Position numbers and translations under genes: made by a program. From Neoechinorhynchus agilis (taxonomy: Eukaryota; Animalia; Acanthocephala), in NCBI GenBank assembly GCA_051530055.1, contig JBMGUZ010000017.1, positions 1 to 47,131 of the forward strand: 47,131 nt of DNA, in the 5' to 3' direction. Below are positions 1 through 10,710 of this stretch, one piece after another (the first letter of the stretch is position 1; each line of letters opens with the position of its first letter). The notes under the pieces were generated by a model. It was not told where the DNA came from, ran no database searches, and worked only from the letters and a program-made list of their open reading frames with translations.

Positions 1-1180
1 GATATGGAGTGGTTGTCCTTGTGTCTCAATAATGTGCTCCACTGTATGTTTGGTCGAAACGTCCGAAAAGGTAGGTCTCGTTATATCGGGGAAATCTGCT
101 GGAATTTTACTAAATTCGTCGTTCTTCGATCCGAGGAAATCGACGCTTAGAGCTTCGATCGATACACGAACGGAAGCTAATGGTATCGTTGCGAAGGTTT
201 CAGCACTAACCAGCTGCTTATTCCTTACGTCGACCAGTAAACCTGAGTGTCGAAGGAAATCAGCGCCTCCGTCTGAGTTTTACCGAAATTCAACTGCAGT
301 AGCTTGTTGCCGAATCTTGGGATTGTTGAACCGTTTGCAGCTGTAAGTGCTCTTCCAGGATGTTTGGTCTGTTTATCGAGTGTTGTGGCTGGAAGGACGC
401 TGATTTCGGCACCAGTATCGACTATGAACCGTCTTCCAATTTGGCGTACGTTTAGGAAAAAGCGGCTATTGACAGAGAGACCAATCATCATTGCCTCTAC
501 TATTGATTGGTCAATTCGTTTTTTGGATTGGCTTTCAATTTGAAATCCGCCGATCGCTTACAAGGTGATCTACATTTCCTTGCTCTATCTCCAAATTTAC
601 GGTGGTAATAGCATAAATCTGATATTGTTACTGGGATTTGCTTGGTCGCAATTTTTTTCTTAGTTGAGAACGTTAAAGGTTGCCTTGATTGCAAAATGTT
701 GTCGGCAGCGCGTGCAAGCTCACGAGGTTCGGTTATTTTTGAATGAACTAGAATAGATCGGATCTCCTCAGGCATGCGCTCAAGAAATATTTCGCGGAAT
801 AAGAAACTTGGTGGGTTGCTTTCGAGGTACGCTAGCATCTCATCCATTAACGCCGAAGGCTTTCCGTCTCCATGCGACCTTGTGTGAAGGATTCGATTTG
901 TCCTCTTACTCTGTGAAGAACTATACGTTTCCAGCAAGCGCTCTTTGAGCCGGGCGTACTTTCCTGACTTTGGCGACGATTCCAGAATGTCGAAAATCCT
1001 TATAGCAGTTTCTTGATCAAGTGAAGCAATAACGTAGTGATATTTTGTTTGATCTGTTGAAATATTGAGCCTCAGCTTGGACGAACCAGATTCGTGGTTG
1101 TTGTGACCAAAACTGGGGGAGCTTCAGAGAAACGGTGTTCAAGTTGCTATTCGCTTCTACTGTCGAACTACCGTCGACAG
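1..1180 (-). mobile_element. Decayed Ty3/gypsy LTR retrotransposon internal region (gag, protease, start of pol), continuing off the left edge
   Basis: Gag motifs LKLPQFWSQQPRIWFVQAEAQ and LCYYHRKFGDRARKCRSPC; retropepsin FIVDTGAEISVLP...LTAANGSTI; pre-RT linker FPDITRPTF...HTVEHIIETQGQP near base 1. Split over several frames by frameshifts. Confidence 0.9.
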
Positions 1181-1194
1181 CGTCGGGCTCACCA
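1181..1194 (-). promoter_or_regulatory. Primer binding site, tRNA-Trp type
   Basis: Minus strand TGGTGAGCCCGACG, one mismatch from the complement of the tRNA-Trp 3' end (TGGTGACCCCGACG), 2 nt after the LTR end. Confidence 0.75.
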
Positions 1195-1196
1195 AT

Positions 1197-1319
1197 TGTT
1201 GTGGTAGCTGGCATCAGTAGATCCAAAAATCTACTGTAGCCGCACAAAAATGGTTTTTTATTCAACATAACACGGAAAACGTTAACATGAACCTTATGAC
1301 GTCGTTAATGGTCACTACA
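1197..1319 (-). repeat. 5' LTR (123 bp) of the gypsy element
   Basis: Minus strand begins TGTAGTGACC and ends ACCACAACA, contains AATAAA, and is followed directly by the PBS and gag. Confidence 0.75.
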
Positions 1320-1388
1320 CACGGAAGAATCACTAAGATGAGGTTGTTTTTCTCTAATGTTTTGAGGGGAGCAGATAAAGTTGATTAT

Positions 1389-1682
1389 TTACTCGAACAA
1401 ATCAGTTTGTAGTTCGATGAATGTTTTGATATTATCGATTAGTTCCTTTTTGACACTATCTGGTAAGAGTGATCTACACTCGATCGATACTTCATTGATG
1501 AGTTCGTCCATTGTGGTATTTTCGAGTCCACGTGATTGGACGATATCTTTACAGGTTGTCTTTACCTGATCTCGCCAACCGCAATCTATTAATCGTTGCT
1601 GTAGAAGATGCTGTAGACGCTCGCGTTCGCCAGTATCGTGCAATCGTTTTCGAATAATGTCCACGAGTTCTTTTTCATCCAT
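1389..1682 (-). CDS. ENY2: ENY2/Sus1 (SAGA DUB module and TREX-2 subunit), intronless
   Basis: IRKRLHDTGERERLQHLLQQRLIDCGWRDQVK...DELINEV...LLPDSVKKELIDNIKTF matches the EnY2 family; likely start is MDEKEL at 1682. Confidence 0.93.
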   Translation of the reverse strand: MDEKELVDIIRKRLHDTGERERLQHLLQQRLIDCGWRDQVKTTCKDIVQSRGLENTTMDELINEVSIECRSLLPDSVKKELIDNIKTFIELQTDLFE

Positions 1683-1959
1683 CACTAATCTACAATAAAG
1701 CAGATATTTGGGTCCACCAATCAATTACATTTCATTCGGAGAAAAAAGATTTTCCTTTTTGTAGACTTAACGAGAATCGACGATTGTGGAATTCGATAGA
1801 TAATTTATCGAACCGTACTTTTTTAGATCGTTTTTGATTCCTCGTCGCAACATTCTTATCAAGGAGACTTTTAATCAAAAACGATCAACCACAAACCCCA
1901 AATTAAGCAAAAGAACCGGAAATATTTAAGATCAAATAATTTTAATAAAAAATTTTGGT

Positions 1960-2185
1960 TACTTTTCTTTACATTCAACACCTCCCACCAAATTCTAGCT
2001 TTTGTCCTTCCTCGACCGCCGCCATAACGCTAGCAGCATAGCCCCGTTGCCCTGTCAGCGAGATATTTTGTCGAAGAAATAAGCCTGCTCTTGAGTCTCC
2101 GGTTGCCTCTCTCAATTTCTTCGAGAGATCCTTGAGCAGAGAGAGTGCCGAGCTGCCGAGCGCTCCATACGTGTTTGTGATTCGA
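1960..2185 (-). mobile_element. 3' remnant of CRE-like (RLE) non-LTR retrotransposon
   Basis: Manual translation TYGALGSSALSLLKDLSKKLREATGDSRAGLFLRQNISLTGQRGYAASVMAAVEEG matches the ETxG...FLxQRISxAxQRGNA C-terminus of CRE-clade ORFs. Confidence 0.8.
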
Positions 2186-2542
2186 ATGATCGGAATTTAG
2201 AACTATAATCGGGTCCACAACGCCAAATTACCATACAGCTTTTAAACTATACGGGATTCTTACATTTCTACACCGATTCATCGCTCACAAAATGTGGGGT
2301 TTTTTCTGATCCGGAAAGTTAATTATCTTAAACGTTTTTTTATCCGGATCAGATTGCTGTAGAACAGAATCAGAGACCTTGAAACGGAAAACGATTTCGG
2401 TTATCCGAAAATAATCTCGTATCCGAATAATTAATTCGTCCAGGTAAAAGAAGAACGCGAGGGGTTTGTGATCTGCTCGAGAGAAAATCGTCATAATTTA
2501 AAATCTTATATCTATTTTAGTTGTTTTATATGGTGCGTAGAA

Positions 2543-2721
2543 AAGAATTAAAATGATTTTCAAAAATCCGACTGATTTCGACAAGGCTCAATCTTGTACG
2601 CCTTTATCAAAAAAGTTGTTAGCTACTTGTATTTTCTTCTGCTAACAACTTTTCTGATAAAGGCGTACAAGATTGAGCCTTGTCGAAATCAGTCGTATTT
2701 TTGAAAATCATTTTAATTCTT
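2543..2721. repeat. Long inverted repeat/hairpin, 81-bp arms, 17-nt loop
   Basis: Arms are reverse complements with 2 mismatches. Confidence 0.95.
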
Positions 2722-2915
2722 ATGAACAATTCAATCTTTAAATATATCTACATTTTTAAAACCCTCTCACCATTGAAATAATCGGTGCCGTCGGACCAAA
2801 CATCGCAGAATGTTTAACCAATGTTTTTGAAAATAGTTTGTAGCCAAATATTTTTATGAGAAAATCAGTTGTGCGATTTAGAAAAGCAATGTTGGATCCT
2901 CGAGGTGATGAAGGC

Positions 2916-3530
2916 AAAAACGAACTTAGAATCGTAATTTATTGCCCGAAAAACGTTTAAGATATTCGCCAATCGCCATCAAGGGCCAAATACGAATGGG
3001 ATCCACTTAGGCAAAAAAGAGGGTTTTGTGATTTGTTCGAGAGAGAGAGAAAATCGTAAAAATTTAATTGATTTTACGAGTGCTACTATTGCAAAAACGA
3101 ACTTAGAATCCTATTTTATTGCCCGAAAAACGTTTAAGATATTCGCCAATCGCCATCAAGGGCCAAATACGAATGGGATCCACTTAGGCAAAAAAGAGGG
3201 TTTTGTGATTTGTTCGAGAGAGAGAGAAAATCGTAAAAATTTAATTGATTTTACGAGTGCTACTATTGCAAAAACGAACTTAGAATCCTATTTTATTGCC
3301 CGAAAAACGTTTAAGATATTCGCCAATCGCCATCAAGGGCCAAATACGAATGGGATCTACTTAGGCAAAAAAAGAGGGTTTTGTGATTTGTTCGAGAGAG
3401 AAAATCGTAAAAATTTAATTGATTTTACGAGTGCTACAGTTGCAAAAACGAACTTAGAATCGTATTTTATTGCCCGAAAAACGTTTAAGATATGCCTCAA
3501 TCGCCACCAAGGGCCAAATACGAATGGGGT
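2916..3530 (+). repeat. Tandem repeat, about 3.5 units of 174-177 bp, last unit overlapping the SNIP1 start
   Basis: ATTGCCCGAAAAACGTTTAAGATAT recurs at 2941, 3118, 3295 and 3469. Confidence 0.95.
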
Positions 3531-4061
3531 CCACGTTCAGCCGATTTGGAAAAAGAAAAGACGAATGATGGCGTTAACTTTGACTTGACTGGTAACCTTC
3601 TTCGAGACACTAATACCTACCGTGGTATTGTTATAAAATACTCGCAACCAAATGAAGCAAGACGACCTCGAAAACGATGGAGACTTTATCCTTTTAAAGA
3701 AGGGCAAAATATCCCTTTCTACTCAGTGCATCGACAAAGTGCGTATTTGTTCGGGCGAAATCGATTAGTAGCTGACATTCCAATCGATCATCCGTCATGT
3801 TCGAGTCAACACGCCGTGTTGCAATACAGATCTGTTCAATTCGACCGAGCCGATGGTAGCCATGGAAGACGGATTCTGCCCTATATTATCGATCTAAACT
3901 CTTCAAATGGAACCTTTCTAAATGACGAGAAGATTGAACCTCAGCGCTTTTATGAATTAAGAGAAAAGGATGTTATTCGATTCGCATTTAGTACTCGAGA
4001 ATACGTCCTTCTCCATGAAGACTCGAAGGCTGAAGATAGTGACGAACATAAAGAAGAGTGA
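3492..4061 (+). CDS. SNIP1: SNIP1/Pml1 FHA-domain protein (RES complex)
   Basis: KYSQPNEARRPRKRWRLYPFK, SAYLFGRNRLVADIPIDHPSCSSQHAVLQYR, PYIIDLNSSNGTFLN, FSTREYVLLHE are SNIP1 hallmarks. Confidence 0.95.
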   Translation: MPQSPPRAKYEWGPRSADLEKEKTNDGVNFDLTGNLLRDTNTYRGIVIKYSQPNEARRPRKRWRLYPFKEGQNIPFYSVHRQSAYLFGRNRLVADIPIDHPSCSSQHAVLQYRSVQFDRADGSHGRRILPYIIDLNSSNGTFLNDEKIEPQRFYELREKDVIRFAFSTREYVLLHEDSKAEDSDEHKEE

Positions 4062-4094
4062 AGGTGTTGTGCATTTTGAAGAAAAAATTGGTCC

Positions 4095-5066
4095 GAGAAT
4101 GACAGATTAGGAGTCTTTCTTTGTTCTCCGTTTATTAAGGAAAGATTGGGCTACGAGCGATGGAAGGATGAAAAAGGTTGGGGTTACGGGTGTTTACGAA
4201 GGAAGAAAATTGTGAATGGGTTTGAAGACGGAGGGCGTTTTTGGAGAAAAAATGGAGTGGATGTGGGCGTCGAGGGGAGGGAGTGAAGTCCCGCACATTC
4301 TCGCTGCTCTCTTGTGGAAGGTTTCGAGGGAATGGAGAGCATTGACGGAGAGGGCGAGGAAAGTGGGGTTCGCGTATGTAAGGAAAGGGAGGATGGTAGA
4401 AAGATAAAAGTGAGCAAGGTGTTTAATGGATACGCCGAGACGCTGGAGGAGTTTGAGAACTTAAAGCCGATGGTTTGTTTTAGAGAGTGTAAATGAAATG
4501 TGGGCATTCCATTTAATGTTTTCTTGTAAAATCACGCCCAGTATTCGGAGAGAAGAGGAGCGTTGGATGGGGAGAAGGAGAGGCGCGGGGATAAGATTGC
4601 GTTTGGAAATGTGGGGGACAATATCAAAAGATTTGGATAAATTTAGGGAGAGTTTAGGGTTGAGAGCGAGGAAATGAGATGGTTTAGCTTGTCCATGGTA
4701 GTGGAGAGGGAGAGAGAGGGAGATGCGATGGTAATGACTGTGAGGTCATCTACATAGAGAAAATATTTGGTAGGGGGAGTGAGGGGATGGTCATTTAGAA
4801 AAATGTCAAAGAGGGGAAAGTACGGCGCCTTTGAGGACCCCTTTAATTATCGGAAGAGAAGAGGAACAAGAAGTTCCACATTGAATATATTGTTTGCGGT
4901 TGGAGAGGAAAGAGGAAATCCAAGCGAGCTGCCAGGTTGGGAGGCCAAAGGAAGCACATGATTGGAGGAGAAGGGAGTGATCGACCGACTCGAACGCCCT
5001 GGAAATATCCAGTTGCACGAGACGGACGGTTGATGCTGGACTGGAATCTAAGCTGCGCACAAGCGT
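4095..5066 (-). mobile_element. Internal fragment of an L2/CR1-type LINE (RT and downstream region), decayed
   Basis: LDISRAFESVDH and GVLKGAVLSPL RT motifs; near-identical to 27510-28516. Confidence 0.9.
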
Positions 5067-5737
5067 CATCTACTTCCAAACAACCTTGATAAAAGAAGGC
5101 GTACAAGATTGTGCGTCCGAAATATCGGACTTGATAAATTCCATTAATGGTTCAAACTAGAAACAAACATCAGAATAATTCAATCTTCAAACAAAAGTGT
5201 TTTTTATGGCGGAAAAATTCAGATAATTTATAAAATGCGATATTTCGGTTTTCTCAGCAAACTTTGATACAGTCCATTTGCCAGAAACAACCATCAGAGT
5301 AATTCAATCTTTAAATAGAAATACAAATGCCTCGATACGTCTCGCTCTACATTTTTTTAAACCTCTCACCATTGAAGAAAATGGGTGTCGTTGGAAACCA
5401 ATGTTTTTTTGATGGTTGATCGCAGCAACACTTACGGAATTTTTATCAGGGCTCACCTTGCTTAATTCGATATAAAGCAACTAAACAACACATTCGTCTT
5501 AGTATCATTAAGGTAACGCAAAATCTACAAATTAGAAGTAAAAAACTTTGATTTATCCAAGTTCTTGGGTACAATCAAAGCGCAATTCGTGACATATCTT
5601 TTTTTGGTGGTCGTTTAATTACAGCACACAAAGTTCGGAGGTCTTCATAAAGATGAAGAAACTAAAAGAGGTGTTTCAGGCAGAAAAATTAAAGAAATCC
5701 CGAGTCCTCGGCTTTTTGGCATGAAGCCACACCGATC

Positions 5738-5880
5738 TCGTACATCAGAGAAGTGATTGAATCACTTAGACTCTTAATGCGACTACGGTATACGAGTTTG
5801 TACGCATCCCCGTCCGGATTCTCAGATACCTCCCGAGGAGGAGGCGGGTCTCTCATCAGTGAGTTTCCTATTCCCCGGGA
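5738..5880. repeat. Unidentified dispersed repeat, copy A (related to 7340-7460 and 9628-9810)
   Basis: Shares TACATCAGAGAAGTGAT and CCGTCCGGATTCTCAGATACCTC-C-AGGAGGAGG-GG with copy C. Confidence 0.8.
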
Positions 5881-6769
5881 TTTCCTAAATCTGAATCAAA
5901 ATAATAACCAGGCTTGCCAGTAACATTTAAGAAAATTTTTTATTATTACATTCGAGTGAAGGGTTAGAGATATTGTGGTTTAGGAAGTCGCTGGTCAACT
6001 ATAAACCCGAGAGTCTACCCATTGAATCAGAGGAATTTTATCAATTCAATTCCAACCCGACCAAAAATCAGTTTTCTCTCTAAGTTCCAAACACGTTTTT
6101 CATTAATTCTTTTAAAACGCGGACTTTTTAGGATGATTCTTAGAAAAAAGGTCTAATCGAATTTTATTGATCGCCTGTTGTTTAGGTTGTCGTTTGTCAA
6201 AAAAACAAACTCGAGAGAGATCATCGGGCATCTTAAAAAAGAAAACACCAACTAAACACAATTTCATCCGCTGCAGCGACTGCGAAATGGCATTCAGCTG
6301 TTCAAACCCGTTTCGGTGGACATAAGAACGCTTTACGGCGATGTGATACAAATTCAGCGATTTTAGAAACATGAACACCAAACTTCGACAAGACCAAAGA
6401 TCTCTGTGTTGAAAATAAAACAATTCATCGACTTATAAAAAAGAATCGGCATTGAAATTGTCAACACGATGGAACAGGGAACAAAGAAAAAGTTTCCCTC
6501 CAATTACGTTTAGTTGGCCTAAATGCACTCAGGAGGCGGCCCGAGGTTCCTGAGATTCAAAACGAAAACAATCATTTGGTGTGTGTTCTTCACAAATTCC
6601 CATAAACTTTTTTTTGGATAGAATCGATAAAATGACTCTGATTTAATCAGTCGAAACTTATTAGGTCCAACATTTCGGCATGTTCCTTCATCAAGGTTGT
6701 TTTCTGCCGGAAAATCCGATCTAATAGGTTACCTTTAATTTTTAGGCCAGAAGCAAACATCAGAATAAT

Positions 6770-6960
6770 CCCGATTGCGATGGAAACGCTGGGATGCCTC
6801 GGAAAAGAACGACTGGGAAAGATGCTGAAATATGCCACCGGCGACATGCGCTCGAGCACCTTCCTGCTCCAGCGAATCAGCGCGGAGGAAGCTGCCGAAC
6901 AATCATGACGACCGTTGCAGAATTTGGCGCAAAGGAGGAATTTGTGAACGAAAAGAATGA
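6770..6960 (+). mobile_element. Diverged 3' remnant of a CRE-like non-LTR element
   Basis: AMETLGCLG...LGKMLKYATGDMRSSTFLLQRIS, then after a frameshift RGGSCRTIMTTV. Confidence 0.7.
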
Positions 6961-7052
6961 ACTTTATTCTATCTTCAAATAGAAATTAAAACATTCGAAG
7001 ACAAAAGTCAATATATCAAGAGAAAATCCATATCGGGAAATGATAAACTTTA

Positions 7053-7204
7053 ACTTGTGTGGTGAATATACTCGAACGGTTAAAAATCATTTTAATATTA
7101 GGAAATATTTCTAACAATGATTGACAACTTCTCGCTTCTTCTTTCAAAAGATTTCCTAATAATAAAATGATTTTTAACCGTTCGAGTATATTCACCACAC
7201 AGGT
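7053..7204. repeat. Hairpin, 54-bp arms, 44-nt loop
   Basis: Arms are reverse complements with 2 mismatches. Confidence 0.9.
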
Positions 7205-7339
7205 AAAAATAAGTTAATTTTTGAAAACTAGCTAGCCGGTAACTTTTTTATTAAGTATCAATGAGCGGCCTTTTTGCACGGCTGATAATATTCCTTCCTA
7301 TCTGGTTCAGGGAAGCGCATAAAATCGTGCATTCCTCTG

Positions 7340-7460
7340 GATCCTCATCTCCCGAGGAGGAGGCGGGACTCTCATTGATGAGTTTCCTCCCCTCAACGAG
7401 GTATTTCGTCCCCATTTGGTTGTAAGCCATTGGGGGTAACGAATTCGAAGTCCACTAGAG
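7340..7460. repeat. Unidentified dispersed repeat, copy B
   Basis: CTCCCGAGGAGGAGGCGGG...GATGAGTTTCCTCCCCTCAACGAGGTATTTCGTCCCC is shared with copies A and C. Confidence 0.8.
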
Positions 7461-7639
7461 CACCTCATCAGCACAACTACGGAATGTCAAACTCAGCCAT
7501 TTCTTTTGATTTTAATTCCAGGCCATTGAATCTTTGAAGACTAGCCAGCCAATAACATTTATTAAGTATCAATGTGTTCTGTATGGCCGCAGCAATTATC
7601 AGCCGTGATAAAAAGCCACACATTGATAAAAAAAGGTCA

Positions 7640-8320
7640 ATGTCATAAATCATTGTCCTTGGGGTAAATTTGATTGTACGTTGGAGAATCCTGTCCCCGG
7701 TGTTATCGATACTCATTTATTTGAGAAATATTTCACAAGGTTTTCCTTGCCTCTTCAGTCGCTATTGATTGTAAGTTTTAAATGTGTGAATTGGTGTCTT
7801 AATTGAGAAATATTTCACAAGGTTTTCCTTGCCTCTTCAGTCGCTATTGATTGTAAGTTTTAAATGTGTGAGTTGGTGTCTTAATTGAGAAATATTTCAC
7901 AAGGTTTTCCTTGCCTCTTCAGTCGCTATTGATTGTAAGTTTTACTCGAATATTTAAAAACTTACAATCAATAGCGACTGAAGAGGCAAGGAAACCCTTG
8001 TGAAATATTTCTCAAATAAATGAGTATCGATAACACCGGGGACAGGATTCTCCAACGTACAATCAAATTTACCCCGAAAACAATGATATACGACACTAAA
8101 ATTTCTGTTGCTTTTTTAACTTGGCGCCTTTTGTATGGTCGCCGAATATTTCGTTTGTATTGAGAATGTTGGCATATTTTTGATTCTTTGCTTTTAGAAA
8201 ATAAAGTATTGAAAACTTACAATCAATAGCGACTGAAGAGGCAAGAAAAACCTTGTGAAATATTTCTCAATCAATGAGTATCGATAACACCGGGGACAGG
8301 ATTCGCCAACGTACAATCAA
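7640..8320. repeat. Foldback-like structure: arm with three tandem 82-bp subunits (7640-7945), inverted arm (7955-8095), second inverted arm copy (8212-8320)
   Basis: TTGAGAAATATTTCACAAGGTTTTCCTTGCCTCTTCAGTCGCTATTGATTGTAAGTTTT occurs three times forward and twice reversed. Confidence 0.9.
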
Positions 8321-8531
8321 AAAATTCAATGTGTATCAATGCAATTCAACGCATTAAACCGTTAGGCGATTCCCCGAAACACACACGAATACGTCATCAA
8401 AACTGGAATATGAAATTGATATTTGATACCAAATACAACGGAAGAATCCCATTTTGATGCGCTTAGTGATCGTCAATTTAAATTAAGTGCACAAATTCGC
8501 ATTCTATATTTTCACTGCAATATTGTTTATC

Positions 8532-8710
8532 TGTTGATAGGAGAGATAAATGAAATTAAGAATGTATTGGATATTTCGATCCACTATCTCGGATCTTCTT
8601 CAGCGGTTGTTTGTTATTAATGGACGTACAAACAATCGCTGAAGAAGATCCGAGATAGTGGATCGAAATATCCAATAAAATCTTAATTTCATTTATCTCT
8701 CCTATCAACA
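8532..8710. repeat. Long hairpin, 83-bp arms, 13-nt loop
   Basis: Arms are reverse complements with 3 mismatches. Confidence 0.95.
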
Positions 8711-9169
8711 AATGACAATGGATTATCTTTTCAACATATTGTTTATCGTTTAAATAACGATTATTTTATCTTCATCCAAAACAACGCCACAAAGATTACA
8801 AGTGGGTCCAATTCTTGTTATCAAACAATATGAACGTGTTATTATCCTCCATTGGAAAGGAAAACCGATTTTGTTTGAAGATTTAATTGTTTCACAGGTC
8901 GATGTTTCGAAATATCGGCTTCAATTGATAAATTACTACAAAATTTCCGCTACATAAAAACGCGAACAATTCATTCTTCAAACAAAAAGCGAAGATTTAT
9001 CGACGCTTTGGTGATGTAACTTCTCTCTCCTTATCATGTTTTTGGATAGAAAGAGGAAATCGTATACAAAGTATAAGCCTAGTGGTGGTGGTGGTGATCG
9101 TGGACCCCTTGGTAATTAAAAATTCAATTGAACGATTTTGCGAGATCGACTTGGTCGTCGTCGACCGTC

Positions 9170-9365
9170 ATTCACCCCTCCGGATCCGCCTTTCACCCTC
9201 CGAATTTCGGATCCGCCATCCACCCCTCCGGATCCGTTATCCACCTCTCTGGATTCGTCATCCACTCCGAATTTCGTATCCGCCATCCACCCCTCCGGAT
9301 CCGTAATCCACTCCAATTCCGGATCCGTTATACACTCCGAATCCGTCATCCGAATTCCGGATACC
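9170..9365 (+). repeat. Degenerate minisatellite built on TCCGGATCCG(C/T)CATCCACCCC
   Basis: About 8 variable units of roughly 21-27 nt. Confidence 0.85.
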
Positions 9366-9627
9366 CAAAGGTACATGTTTCCTCTTCTTTATCAAAATAA
9401 ATAAAACGTGTTATTATTGAGCCAAATTCAATATTTCTTTGTTGTATTCTTGTTGTGCGGATCAAACCCCGAGAGATATTCTCTTATTACTTAATATTTC
9501 GTGGACAAAATCCACCTCTTTATTCAGACATTTCTAAGGTAAGTTTTTAAATATGTGAGTTGTAAGGAGGTGGACTATATCCACGAAATCTTAAGTTTTT
9601 TTATCGATGCGGCGGTCGAATTTTATG

Positions 9628-9810
9628 TTTTACATCAGAGAAGTGATATGACCACATAAACTTTGATGAACAGTTAAGAGTTCGTACATCTCCGTCCGGA
9701 TTCTCAGATACCTCACCAGGAGGAGGTGGACCTCGTCGATGAGTTTCTTCCCTTCAACAAGGTATTTCGTCCCCTTTGATTGTGCGTCATTGGCGATCGT
9801 GGATTCGAAC
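9628..9810. repeat. Unidentified dispersed repeat, copy C
   Basis: Longest copy; overlaps both A and B in homology. Confidence 0.8.
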
Positions 9811-10005
9811 CCTTTGACCCTGAAACAGGGATTCGGGGCACGAGTCCATGCGATCGAGAAAATCAGCTGACAATGTAGCAAATGAAATCTTGAGTAATAA
9901 GAGAATATTTATTGGGTTTGATCTGCACACCAAGAACATCCATCCGAACGTGACCGAAATTCAATATTTCTTTGTTGTTTTTAAAGCGAATTTCCACTGT
10001 TTCAG

Positions 10006-10710
10006 ATGTCCGGAAACGCATCAAACCCTGCCCACGGTGGATTCGCTCGCAATGAGCACGACTTCAGTGCCATGTCAAAGCAGTACTCAAGCAGGGACAT
10101 GCCTAGTCATACTCGCCTCAAATACCGTCAATCCGGTCAAACGAGCAAGCAAGACCTCTTACAGCGGGATTTGAAGGCAGAATTGGAGAAGGCTGAACGA
10201 AAACGCGGATTAGATTGTCAAACTATTGAGGAGGAGCAGGAGGAGGAGGTGAAGAAACCTCGGTCGATCACGAGTTCTTCTTATATGCCAGCGCTGCCTC
10301 CCTCACATCGCGACGATTTGTTAGCGAAATATGCTGCTCTCGATGCCGATGATCCACTCGATCCAGATTCAGACGAAGACGAAGACGACGACGAAGACGA
10401 TGCATCTGAGCTCTATGCAGAATTGAATCGTTTGAAACGTGAACGTGCCGCTGAAGAGATGAGAATGAAGATTCATCAAAAAGCAGAGGAAGAGCGAATA
10501 AGAAAAGATAATTTCTTAAAAGGAAATCCGATATTTAACCTCGCCAAACAAGGAGGGGATTTCAGTGTAAGACGTAGGTGGAACGATGATGTTGTATTTA
10601 AGAATTGTGCCGACAAAGACATTAACTCAGACCGTAAATCAAAGACGTTTATTAATGATTCGTTGCGTTCAAACTTTCACCGGCGGTTTATGGATAAATA
10701 CATTCGATAA
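10006..10710 (+). CDS. CWC15: CWC15 spliceosome (Prp19/NTR-associated) protein
   Basis: SKQYSSRDMPSHTRLKYRQ, ELYAELNRLKRERAAE, GNPI...FSVRRRWNDDVVFKNCA...FINDSLRSNFHRRFMDKYIR. Confidence 0.96.
   Translation: MSGNASNPAHGGFARNEHDFSAMSKQYSSRDMPSHTRLKYRQSGQTSKQDLLQRDLKAELEKAERKRGLDCQTIEEEQEEEVKKPRSITSSSYMPALPPSHRDDLLAKYAALDADDPLDPDSDEDEDDDEDDASELYAELNRLKRERAAEEMRMKIHQKAEEERIRKDNFLKGNPIFNLAKQGGDFSVRRRWNDDVVFKNCADKDINSDRKSKTFINDSLRSNFHRRFMDKYIR

Noticed and set aside
3028-3588. 186-aa ORF
   Set aside because: Product of a repeat period divisible by 3; out of frame with SNIP1.
9775-9850. tRNA-like GGTTCGAATCC...CGCCA on the minus strand
   Set aside because: Only about 63 nt, no proper D or anticodon arm; the apparent acceptor pairing comes from a self-complementary CGATCG; not conserved in copy B.
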